Shown: piece by piece, positions 35,392 to 43,530 of the stretch | How positions within the stretch are numbered: the first letter of the stretch is position 1 | Layout: each line of letters opens with the position of its first letter | Assembly: GCA_900542365.1 (NCBI GenBank) | Contig: UQNH01000001.1 | Span: forward strand, 33,130-97,129 | From: an uncultured Collinsella sp. | Lineage (GTDB): Bacteria > Actinomycetota > Coriobacteriia > Coriobacteriales > Coriobacteriaceae | Length of the DNA stretch: 64,000 bases | Direction: 5' to 3' | Notes under the pieces: generated by a model | Databases searched by the model: none | What the model was told of the DNA's origin: nothing | Seen by the model: the letters and a program-made list of their open reading frames with translations, nothing else | Position numbers and translations under genes: made by a program

Positions 35392-36810
35392 GTTCTTCTC
35401 CTTCGCTTCCGCGATCTGGATGCGTTTGTTCCATTGGACGGCGACGGCCAGGCGCTCGTCCTGAGCGCGACGACGAGCGCTTTCGGCGCGCGACTTGGCC
35501 AGCAGCTCTCGGCCGCTCGGCAACACGTCGAGCGTGGCAAAATAATCGCCCGGGCGCTCGGCGCGGCGGATAAGGTCGGCCGAGCCGTCGGGGCGCAGCA
35601 GCACCTCGGCGGAGCGCAGACGGCCGTTGTAGTTGTAGCCCATGGAGTAACCATGCGCGCCGGTATCGTGGATCACGAGCACATCACCCATGTCGACCCG
35701 CGGTAGCTCGCGGTCGATGGCGAACTTGTCGTTGTTCTCGCACAGATTGCCCGTAATGTCGTACGTGTTTGTGACAGGCGCCGCGGTCTTGTCGGAGCCA
35801 CCCGGCTGGCCCATCACCGTAATGTGGTGGTAGGCGCCATACATGGCAGGGCGGATCAGATCGACGGCGCTTGCGTCGACACCGATATAGTCCTTGTAGA
35901 TTTGCTTCTCGTGGATGGCCTTGGTGACCAGGCAGCCGTAGGGGCCCATCATAAAGCGGCCCATCTCGGTGCAGATTGCCACATCGCCCATGCCGGCGGG
36001 AACCAGAATCTCGTCGTAGGCCGCATGCACTCCTTCGCCGATGGCATGGATATCGTTGGCCTGCTGCTCGGGCAGGTAGGGGATGCCGACGCCGCCGGAC
36101 AGATTGATAAAGGCGACGTGTGCGCCGGTCTCGCGCTCCAGGCGCACGGCAAGCTCAAAGAGGATGCGCGCGAGCTTGGGGTAGTAGTCGTTGGTGACGG
36201 TGTTGCTGGCAAGGAATGCGTGGATGCCAAAGTTTTCGGCGCCCTTGGCCTTGAGCGTGCGAAAGGCCTCGAAGAGCTGCTCGGTGGTCATGCCGTATTT
36301 GGAGTCGCCGGGGTTGTCCATGATGCCGTTGGAGAGCTGGAACAGACCGCCCGGATTAAAGCGGCAGCTGACCGTCTTGGGGATGGGGCCTGCGACGCGC
36401 TCAAAGAACTCGATGTGGCTGATGTCGTCAAAGTTGACGATGGCGCCCAGCTTGTCGGCGAGCTCAAAGTCCGCTGCCGGCGTGTCGTTGGATGAGAACA
36501 TGATGTCGTGTCCCGTGATACCCAGCGAGCGGGCGATCATGAGCTCGGTATAGCTCGAGCAATCGCAGCCGCAGCCGTATTCGTTGAGAATGGAGATGAG
36601 CGCCGGGTTGGGATTGGCCTTGACGGCAAAGTATTCCTTAAAGCCCGGGTTCCATGCGAAGGCGTCGCGCACCTCTTGCATGTTGCGTCGGATGCCCGCC
36701 TCGTCATATAGATGAAATGGCGTGGGGAACTGCTCGACGATATGCTCGAGCGTCTTCTTGTCCACAAACGGCTGCTTGGCCGCATATGCCTCGTTGGGGG
36801 TTAATGCCAT
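34501..36810 (-). CDS. Continuous 769-codon ORF: diaminopimelate decarboxylase (LysA) read in-frame into 4-hydroxy-tetrahydrodipicolinate synthase (DapA)
   Basis: N-terminal ~430 aa are an Orn/DAP/Arg decarboxylase (FPTPFHLYDE, YFAVKANPNP). A ~45-aa Arg/Ala/Glu-rich linker follows with no stop codon, then a complete DapA. Confidence 0.7.
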   Translation of the reverse strand: MALTPNEAYAAKQPFVDKKTLEHIVEQFPTPFHLYDEAGIRRNMQEVRDAFAWNPGFKEYFAVKANPNPALISILNEYGCGCDCSSYTELMIARSLGITGHDIMFSSNDTPAADFELADKLGAIVNFDDISHIEFFERVAGPIPKTVSCRFNPGGLFQLSNGIMDNPGDSKYGMTTEQLFEAFRTLKAKGAENFGIHAFLASNTVTNDYYPKLARILFELAVRLERETGAHVAFINLSGGVGIPYLPEQQANDIHAIGEGVHAAYDEILVPAGMGDVAICTEMGRFMMGPYGCLVTKAIHEKQIYKDYIGVDASAVDLIRPAMYGAYHHITVMGQPGGSDKTAAPVTNTYDITGNLCENNDKFAIDRELPRVDMGDVLVIHDTGAHGYSMGYNYNGRLRSAEVLLRPDGSADLIRRAERPGDYFATLDVLPSGRELLAKSRAESARRRAQDERLAVAVQWNKRIQIAEAKEKNMDIRNLEGSIVALVTPFKKDGSVDFDALERLIDFHLQNGTDAILTLGTTGESATMTDDEDNSVVAAVVKQVAGRVPVIAGSGSNSTQTMLTKSLTYQGLGADGLLLITPYYNKSNEEGIYQHFKTVADAVDIPCILYNIPGRCGCGISERNVERLAAHPNIMGIKEASGNVAYAAKIAHLLSDDFRMYSGEDTLTVPLMSLGASGTISVWADVQPQLVHDMCRAYLDGDVERARDIQIAGQPLINALFSEVNPIPVKEALAQMGMIEANYRMPLCPMADNTRAALTDALKGAGLLD

Positions 36811-36881
36811 GTCCCGTAAACCTCGCTATCCAGACGGCGCCATCTGCGCATCGAATCCGCATAGCGTGGACCCAATGTCCG

Positions 36882-37038
36882 GATAGCGCTCCCGCATTGC
36901 TGCAGACAGTCCTGCGGGTGTTTCCCGCAGGCCCACCAGGTTGTTCGTGCCCGAAAAGCCCAGTTCGGCGGGTTTCGCCTCCCCACGGGGTCAAAGCCTG
37001 CCGGCTCACCCGCGGTTCTTCGTGCCCGCGCCTCTATC
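36882..37038 (-). promoter_or_regulatory. Lysine riboswitch (L-box) in the lysA-dap operon leader
   Basis: The minus strand reads GATAGAGGCGCGGGCACGAAG...GGGGAGGCGAAACCCGCCGAACTGGG...GGACTGTCTGCAG...GGGAGCGCTATC. This matches L-box hallmarks (AGAGGCGC, GGGGAG..GCCGAA, ACUGUC, closing P1 GAUAG/CUAUC). No U-tract terminator follows. Confidence 0.75.
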
Positions 37039-37189
37039 AAGTGGTAACGACCCTACCACGTTGCACTTTACCAAACAAGAGTATTCGTATATAACGTTTA
37101 AAAAATGCAGGGATATGCTGGAAATAAGGGTGTAGCAATCTTGCGGCACAATAGATAGCAGCCGACGCGCACCTACGAAAGGAACCAAT

Positions 37190-38377
37190 ATGGCCGAGCT
37201 CCAAGAACTCCGTCGCTACCGCCGCGACTTGCACAGGATCCCGGAGCTCGACTTCGATCTTCCGCAGACGATCGCCTATATCGAGGGCGTGTTGGCACCG
37301 CTCACCTGCGAGGTGACCCATCCGTGCCCCGGCTGCGTCTGCGCTTTCTTCGACGCTGGCGTTGGCGCCGCGCATGCCACGGCGATTCGCGCCGATATGG
37401 ATGCGCTGCCCATTGCCGAGGCAACGGGGGCAGCGTTCGCTTCGACCCATCCCGGCAAGATGCATGCTTGCGGGCACGATGGACACATGGCCATGGCGCT
37501 TTCGGCGGCAACCTTTGTCGACCGTACGATCCGTGAGCAGCCGGGCGCCATTAAGCGCAATGTGCTCTTTGTGTTTCAGCCGGCCGAGGAGACGACTGGT
37601 GGTGCCAAGACGGTGTGCGAGAGCGGCGTGTTCGAGCGCTACGGGGTGGATCGCATCTTCGGCTTCCACGTGTGGCCCGATCTGCCCGCCGGCACGTTGG
37701 CGAGCTGCTCCGGTCCGTTGCTGGCGCGTTCGAGTGAGACACACATTCATATCCATGGCACGAGCATCCATATCGCTAAGACCTATGGCGTTCCGGTCGA
37801 GGAGTCGCACGATGCGGCGCTGGCGGCTGCCAAGTTCTTGGTTTCCGAGCGCGAGCTCATGGACGAGTTGGGTGTCGACGAGCCCTGCATTGGTAAGTTC
37901 GGCCTGCTGCAGGCCGGCACCGTCTGCAATGCGGTGGCGGGGGAGGCCCATGTGGCTGGCAGCCTGCGCGTGTTTACGGACGGTATGTTCGACCGTGCGC
38001 GCGAGGGTGTGCGCCGCGTGCTAGACGATGCCTGCGCCGCAACGGGCTGCACATATGACCTCGATTTTGCCGAGGGCTATCCGCCGGTCGATAACGACCC
38101 CGAGTTGTTCGCCCACATTGCGCCCGCCTTGTCCGAGCTGCAACTTGTGGACGAGCCGCTGCTAATCGCCGAGGATTTCGCGTTCTATCAGCGCCATCTG
38201 CCGGGCGTGTTTTTCTTGCTGGGCACGGGCGTGCCAGAGGGACAAGAAAACCCGAGCGATTCGGATGGCTGCCCCGCCTATGCCACGAGCGCTCTGCATA
38301 CCGATACCATGCTCTTTGACGAGGAAATCCTACTCAAAGGCCTCGATGTCTACAAACGATTGCTTTTGCTTGACTAA
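37190..38377 (+). CDS. M20D amidohydrolase, probable N-acetyl-diaminopimelate deacetylase
   Basis: LRRYRRDLHRIPELDFDLPQT, HACGHDGH. Divergent from the dapH-containing operon, consistent with the acetylase branch. Confidence 0.7.
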   Translation: MAELQELRRYRRDLHRIPELDFDLPQTIAYIEGVLAPLTCEVTHPCPGCVCAFFDAGVGAAHATAIRADMDALPIAEATGAAFASTHPGKMHACGHDGHMAMALSAATFVDRTIREQPGAIKRNVLFVFQPAEETTGGAKTVCESGVFERYGVDRIFGFHVWPDLPAGTLASCSGPLLARSSETHIHIHGTSIHIAKTYGVPVEESHDAALAAAKFLVSERELMDELGVDEPCIGKFGLLQAGTVCNAVAGEAHVAGSLRVFTDGMFDRAREGVRRVLDDACAATGCTYDLDFAEGYPPVDNDPELFAHIAPALSELQLVDEPLLIAEDFAFYQRHLPGVFFLLGTGVPEGQENPSDSDGCPAYATSALHTDTMLFDEEILLKGLDVYKRLLLLD

Positions 38378-38479
38378 GGCTTGAAGGACTATTTGTTCTA
38401 GAAAACACGAACAAACGTACGATATAATAGAGATGTAAGTCTATAGAAACGTTTGACGTTACTAACGTAAGGCGATACT

Positions 38480-38761
38480 ATGATTGCATCGTATAAAGAT
38501 GAGGATACCGAACGCTTTGCCATGGGTGTGCGGGTCAGGAGGTTCGTGCCCTTTGAGCGTGTTGCGTTGAGGAAGATTCGCCAACTGCAGGTTTGTGCTT
38601 CGCTTGATGATCTTCGCGTTCCACCGGGCAACCGCCTGGAAGCTTTGAAGGGCGATCGTGCCGGTCAATATAGCATCCGTGTTAACGAGCGCTATCGGGT
38701 CTGCTTTGAGTGGAGACAGGAGATGGCTTGGAATGTCGAAATCGTCGATTATCACAAGTGA
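38480..38761 (+). CDS. higB: HigB-type (killer protein) RelE/ParE-superfamily toxin
   Basis: LDDLRVPPGNRLEALKGDRAGQYSIRVNERYRVCFEW; 93 aa. Confidence 0.85.
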   Translation: MIASYKDEDTERFAMGVRVRRFVPFERVALRKIRQLQVCASLDDLRVPPGNRLEALKGDRAGQYSIRVNERYRVCFEWRQEMAWNVEIVDYHK

Positions 38762-39074
38762 TGAGACTTCGGCCGATTTGTTGTCGCCGGTGACTCCTGG
38801 TGAGCTTCTCAAAGAGGAGTTTCTTGTTCCCATGGGCATTTCTCAATATCGCCTTGCGAAAGAGACCGGGATTCCGGCTCAGCGTATCGGGCAGATTGTC
38901 TTGGGAAAACGTCGCGTGACGGCCGACACCGACCTTCGTCTTTGCCGTTATTTTGGCCTGACGGATGGTTATTGGCTGCGCGCTCAGGTGGCGTTTGACC
39001 TTGAGGCAGAGAAAAGGCGGATTGAACCGGAACTCGATAAGATCGTTCCTGTTCAGCAGGCCATCGCACTGTAG
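38733..39074 (+). CDS. higA: HigA-type HTH antitoxin
   Basis: TPGELLKEEFLVPMGISQYRLAKETGIPAQRIGQIVLGKRRVTADTDLRLCRYFG. Overlaps higB by 29 nt. Confidence 0.85.
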   Translation: MSKSSIITSDETSADLLSPVTPGELLKEEFLVPMGISQYRLAKETGIPAQRIGQIVLGKRRVTADTDLRLCRYFGLTDGYWLRAQVAFDLEAEKRRIEPELDKIVPVQQAIAL

Positions 39075-39100
39075 TGCTCAAAGATGATGGGGGGGTGGCG

Positions 39101-39424
39101 ATGAGGCGACGCCGACAGTCTGCCGTATATAGTCCGGGTGGATGCGGGTGTGGCTTGTTACTGCTTCCGGTCATCGCTGTGAGCATTGGCGTGATGTTTG
39201 CGCTTGCCGGGGTGGCAGCAGCGGCACTCGTGTTGCTGATTGTGGCCATTGGCGTGACGGTCTGGCTGTACCGTTCTCGCGAGCAACGCCGCGCCGATGG
39301 TAAGACCAATGTTGGATGGACTATCTTTTTAGTCGTCGCCTACCTATTGAGCATCAGCTATTTAGTTTTCTTTATCCTGTTGCTTGTGAGCACCTTTACC
39401 GGGGAATCCGTCACGGTGGGTTGA
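39101..39424 (+). CDS. Small membrane protein, unknown function
   Basis: MRRRRQSAVYS... followed by three hydrophobic segments. RBS GGGGGTGG. Confidence 0.45.
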   Translation: MRRRRQSAVYSPGGCGCGLLLLPVIAVSIGVMFALAGVAAAALVLLIVAIGVTVWLYRSREQRRADGKTNVGWTIFLVVAYLLSISYLVFFILLLVSTFTGESVTVG

Positions 39425-39588
39425 TGCGCTGCTAGCAGACGGTCACGCAAAGTGCGTTTGCTCGGCGTCTGGATAGCTGCATTGGCCGTTTACCGCAACC
39501 TTAGCTCTCAGCTAATGAATTCAAGTTCAATCCTTTCTACGATGTGCTGTGTGCCGGCGCGGTAGCCGGATCGTAGGAAGGATGAATA

Positions 39589-40032
39589 ATGGCAAAAGAG
39601 GGAAAGAAGCCGATCGGCAAGATTGTCCTAGGCGTCATCGTGGTGCTGGTTATCGTCGGTGCCGTGGGCTCTATGGGTGGCAATTCAACCGATTCGTCTG
39701 CGAGCGATTCGGCAAAACCTGCCGAGGCGACACAGCAGGCTGAGGAGCAAAAAGAACCGCAAGAACCGTATACCATTGCTGACGAGGCTGAAGACACCTC
39801 CAATCAGTTTGCCTATAAGATCACGGGCACGCTGACCAATAACACGGACAAGGAAAAGAGCTACATTCAGATTGAGTATGTTCTGTATGATGCCGATGGC
39901 AACCAGGTTGGAACGGCTCTTGCAAACACCAATCATCTGAAGGCGGGCGGCTCCTGGAAGTTCGAGGCGCTGGGTACGGTGTCTCCTGACCAGGTTGCTA
40001 GCTGGGAGCGTTCGGATGTAAGCGGTTTTTAG
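39589..40032 (+). CDS. FxLYD-domain membrane-anchored protein
   Basis: N-terminal TM segment, acidic linker, then IEYVLYDADGNQVG...GGSWKFEA (FxLYD pattern). Confidence 0.6.
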   Translation: MAKEGKKPIGKIVLGVIVVLVIVGAVGSMGGNSTDSSASDSAKPAEATQQAEEQKEPQEPYTIADEAEDTSNQFAYKITGTLTNNTDKEKSYIQIEYVLYDADGNQVGTALANTNHLKAGGSWKFEALGTVSPDQVASWERSDVSGF

Positions 40033-40065
40033 CATGTTGCATGCACTGGGGGGAGGTGAAGTCGT

Positions 40066-40488
40066 ATGCCCGATAAAAAGCTGACCGAGGAGCTGCTCAA
40101 TGAGCTTCTCGATGCGCCGAACATCGATGGCTATATCAGGGAGCACGACTTTGCCGCCCCGTCGCTTTCGGACTACCTGAAGCAGCTGCTGCAGGAAAAG
40201 GGCTTGGAGCGCTCGCGCGTGGTTCGTATGGCCGATCTCAATGAGACCTTCGGCTATCAGATCTTTACCGGTGCGCGTCACCCGAGTCGCAATAAGGTGC
40301 TGCAGATTGCCTTTGCGATGGCGCTGACGCTCAAAGAGGCCAACCGTGCACTGACGGCTGCCGGGGTAAGCGTCCTCAACTGCAAGGATCGCCGTGATGC
40401 GATTATCATCTTTTGCATCGATCGCGGGTGCAGCCTCCAAAAGGTCAACGAGGAGCTGTATCGCTTTGGCGAGGAGACGGTGAGTTAG
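40066..40488 (+). CDS. XRE-like HTH protein
   Basis: LSDYLKQLLQEKGLERSRVVRMADLNETFGYQIFTGARHPSRNKVLQIAFAM. Confidence 0.5.
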   Translation: MPDKKLTEELLNELLDAPNIDGYIREHDFAAPSLSDYLKQLLQEKGLERSRVVRMADLNETFGYQIFTGARHPSRNKVLQIAFAMALTLKEANRALTAAGVSVLNCKDRRDAIIIFCIDRGCSLQKVNEELYRFGEETVS

Positions 40489-40556
40489 CGGCTGATATCT
40501 GAGCCGGCGGAGCTGCCGAACAACGATGCAAACGAACGGGGCGCGGATGCCATGGG

Positions 40557-41966
40557 GTGTCTGCGCCCTGCGCTATGATGGAGGCTATGGATACTCAGAC
40601 CACAACATATTCCGATGACGAGCTGACCGCAGCGCTTGCCGAACATCTGGCGTCGCTCGATCGCGACGACAGCTATCGCGTGGAGCGTGTACTTAAGCGC
40701 TCGTCCGTTGAAACAACCGAGCTCGTGTACTTTGAAGGAACCGGCGGTGGTTCGCTCGGCCCCTTTGTCCGTAAACGCATCGATGCTTCGGCTCAAATCG
40801 GCGGGGCATACGGGCGTCTGTTTGCCGCCCAGCGGGCAGGCAGGCGTTTTGAGCACCTGCCCAGAATCGTCGATTGTCATCGTGTGGGCGACGAGCTCAA
40901 CGTGGTTATGGAATACATCGAAGGGGAGACGCTCAGGGCGCTGGTGGACCGTCTGGGAGCCACCCCCGATTATGCGCGTGAATTGTATCCTGCCCTATGC
41001 GATGCCGTGGGCGAGCTCCACGCCGGTTTTGCAATGGCGGGGGAGACGTCGGCGCCGGTGATCCATCGCGACCTCAAACCGTCGAATATCATCGTGACGG
41101 GTGCGAACTGTACGCTCGATGAGGGCCTGACGTTTTCGTCGCTGGTGATTATCGACTTGGGGATCGCGCGCGTATGGCGCGATGGCGCCGATGCCGACAC
41201 CGTCAAGTTTGGCACGCGACCCTATGCGCCGCCCGAGCAGTATGGGTTTGGGCAGACGAGTGTGCGCAGCGACGTCTACGCACTGGGCGCCCTGTTGTTC
41301 TTCTGCTTGACGGGAGTCGACCCTAAACCAGGGCTCGACATGCGCGAGCAATGCGAGGCGCGTGGCATTCCCACTCCACTTGCCGATGCCGTCTGCATGT
41401 CGATGGCGCTCGACCCGGCCAAGCGTTTTGCGAGTGCGGAAGCGTTGGGACGGGCGACGCGCTCGGCATACGATCTGAGCCGCCCCGTGCGGCCTCCTAC
41501 ACCTGCGCCTGTCCGTACTCCGGCCTCGGAGACGGTGTTGACGCTCCAAGGGCTCCAGAACCCCGCAGGGCTTCCTAGGCCTGCCGCCTCCGCTGCATGC
41601 GGTCCGCTCTCTCGCGTTCCGGAGTCTCTGGGGCGCATTTGGAATGCGCTCGTCTGTTTCTCGCTACTTGTGTTCTTTGCCGGAAGTCACTTTGCCGTCT
41701 TTCACCCCACGGGAGCAAACCAAAGCTACCCGACGTGGCTTCTCATAATCGAGTATTTTTTCTTTGTCGATGGCCTTATGGTGCTTATGCATTTTGCGCT
41801 GCTCGATAAGCGCCGTCTTCGTCGGCGATTCGCACTGCTCGACAGCTATCGCGGCAAGAAACTCGCGAAACTTTGGCTCAAGGCATTGGGTGTGCTGCTC
41901 CTATGCATGATCGTCATAGTCGCGGTTGCCAATGCGACCGGCGTCGTCGATACCTCCGCTACCTAA
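40557..41966 (+). CDS. Ser/Thr protein kinase with a C-terminal polytopic membrane region
   Basis: IHRDLKPSNIIV catalytic loop, DLGIAR, PYAPPEQ. A Pro-rich linker is followed by 3-4 TM segments. Confidence 0.8.
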   Translation: MSAPCAMMEAMDTQTTTYSDDELTAALAEHLASLDRDDSYRVERVLKRSSVETTELVYFEGTGGGSLGPFVRKRIDASAQIGGAYGRLFAAQRAGRRFEHLPRIVDCHRVGDELNVVMEYIEGETLRALVDRLGATPDYARELYPALCDAVGELHAGFAMAGETSAPVIHRDLKPSNIIVTGANCTLDEGLTFSSLVIIDLGIARVWRDGADADTVKFGTRPYAPPEQYGFGQTSVRSDVYALGALLFFCLTGVDPKPGLDMREQCEARGIPTPLADAVCMSMALDPAKRFASAEALGRATRSAYDLSRPVRPPTPAPVRTPASETVLTLQGLQNPAGLPRPAASAACGPLSRVPESLGRIWNALVCFSLLVFFAGSHFAVFHPTGANQSYPTWLLIIEYFFFVDGLMVLMHFALLDKRRLRRRFALLDSYRGKKLAKLWLKALGVLLLCMIVIVAVANATGVVDTSAT

Positions 41967-41970
41967 AAGA

Positions 41971-41993
41971 AAAGGGCCCCATTGGGGCCCTTT
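41971..41993. terminator. Bidirectional terminator
   Basis: Perfect AAAGGGCCCC-ATT-GGGGCCCTTT. Confidence 0.8.
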
Positions 41994-42003
41994 GCAGTTG
42001 CAC

Positions 42004-43134
42004 CTAGATGCGGTTCATCTGAGCGGCGACTTTGTTGTACCAGTCCTGCCACGTGGGCGGGCAGTACTTTTTGGCCGCTGCCGGGGTAAGGGTGGAGCCG
42101 TAGTTGGCGCCCAGATAGGCAACGTGAGCGGAGATGCCCTCGCTCCAGCTGCCAAAGCTGCGCCAACCGCCGCCACGGGCACTCCAGCCCCAGGCGTTGT
42201 AAGAATTGGCGCAATAAGCACCCTTGGTGCTCTCGATGCAGGCGATGGCGGGGGACCAACGGGGGTCGACACCGGTATTCCAAGCGGCGACGGCAAAGTT
42301 ATAGCCCTGGCCTGCCATGGGGGAGCCGGCGAGATAATTGTCGATGCGGCTCGTCCACTCATTAATGAACGAATCGTAATCGGAACTACCGGTATTGGAG
42401 TTGTTCACCGTGGTGTCTATGGTGGTGTTGGTGTTGGTGGCCTGGCTGCTGGAATTGCCGCCGCTTACGCCCTCGCCCGAGAGCTTCTCGGCGGCAGCGG
42501 CCTTATCGGCCTCAAGCTTGGCAAGCTCGGCGGCATTTTCCTGCTCGGCTTTTGCCTGTGCCTCGCTGCGGAGCTGCTGGGCCTGCGCCAGCGCATCCTC
42601 GGCGTTTTTCTGCTCTGCCTCAAGCTGTGACTTGGCCTGCTGGAGCTCGGCCTTGTTCTGCTCGAGTTCGGTTTGCATATTATTGAGCTCTTCGATCTCG
42701 TCGACGCTCGAGCTCGTGATCTGGTTGGTGTATTTGCAGGTCGTGATGAACTCACCCAGGCTCTGCGCATTGACCAGGAAGCTCACGATGGGATTGGTGC
42801 CTTTCTGATACTTGTACAGATCGCGCATGGCGGAGCTTGCTTTGGCCTGCTGCTCGGGAAGCTTAGCCTCGATTTCCTCGATGCTTGCCTCATTGGAGTC
42901 AATCTGCTTTTGCAGGTCATCGAGTTTGGTGCGGGCGTCGTTGTAGGCGCTCGTGGCGGCTTCGATCTTCTGCTGGGCTGCGGAAAGCTGGTCCTGCGTT
43001 GCCTGCGAGGCGGCATACGCCGCAACGGGGGAGAGCATCGGCGTGGCCGTCAGCGCAACGGCGAGCGCGGCGCTCGTGATGATACGAGCCGGCTTCGACG
43101 CAATGAGCGCTGCGGCGCGATGATTCGAATGCTG
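42004..43134 (-). CDS. Secreted coiled-coil protein (PcsB-like organisation) with a C-terminal putative cell-wall-active domain
   Basis: Signal peptide ...SPVAAYA. About 200 aa of heptad-like Q/A/E/K-rich sequence, an S/T/N linker, then a conserved Trp-rich C-domain (DPRWSPAIACIESTKG...NAWGW). Confidence 0.45.
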   Translation of the reverse strand, partial: QHSNHRAAALIASKPARIITSAALAVALTATPMLSPVAAYAASQATQDQLSAAQQKIEAATSAYNDARTKLDDLQKQIDSNEASIEEIEAKLPEQQAKASSAMRDLYKYQKGTNPIVSFLVNAQSLGEFITTCKYTNQITSSSVDEIEELNNMQTELEQNKAELQQAKSQLEAEQKNAEDALAQAQQLRSEAQAKAEQENAAELAKLEADKAAAAEKLSGEGVSGGNSSSQATNTNTTIDTTVNNSNTGSSDYDSFINEWTSRIDNYLAGSPMAGQGYNFAVAAWNTGVDPRWSPAIACIESTKGAYCANSYNAWGWSARGGGWRSFGSWSEGISAHVAYLGANYGSTLTPAAAKKYCPPTWQDWYNKVAAQMNRI

Positions 43135-43200
43135 CATCCAGTCCCTCTGCAATCAATCGTAGGTAATGGTTCGAACGGTATTCTACTACTGCTTTCGACC

Positions 43201-43244
43201 TCAACTTGAACCTTAAAGGTTCTAAAGGGTCAAGTTGAACTTGA
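43201..43244. repeat. Nested palindromes in the 5' region of the coiled-coil protein gene
   Basis: TCAACTTGA (43201-09) is inverted with TCAAGTTGA (43230-38). Perfect palindrome AACCTTAAAGGTT at 43208-43220. Perfect 7-1-7 palindrome TCAAGTTGAACTTGA at 43230-43244. Confidence 0.6.
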
Positions 43245-43530
43245 GGCTTTGGCCTTGACCTGCGGGAATGGTGAATTGTTGAGAAACCATAGAGTTCAAC
43301 TTTAACGTTACGGAACCCTGTCGAGAGGGTTTTTGTTTATCAAAAGTCGCCTCATGTGGGGTTTTGCAACTACAGGGTCCCATCACGGCGAGGGCGGATT
43401 TCATGCTGGATAATTGCGCTGATTGCCATAGATACGGTGGAGCTTTGGGCGCCGGCGGTTTGGCACGCTAGAATAAATCAGTTGCGCAAAGACCGCCCGT
43501 TGTGTGGGCAGTTCATGATAGGAAGTTTCC

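Noticed and set aside
43222-43404. 60-aa minus-strand ORF inside the long 5' region of the coiled-coil protein gene
   Set aside because: It has no SD. It spans the palindromic repeat cluster, which is more likely regulatory DNA.
43135-43530. Possible ydaO (c-di-AMP) riboswitch upstream of the cell-wall-type gene
   Set aside because: Only loose resemblances were found (GGGACCC, GAAAUCCGCCC). The order and the conserved ACGGGG/CCGAAUCC blocks of the ydaO motif could not be identified by eye. It would need cmsearch to be revisited.
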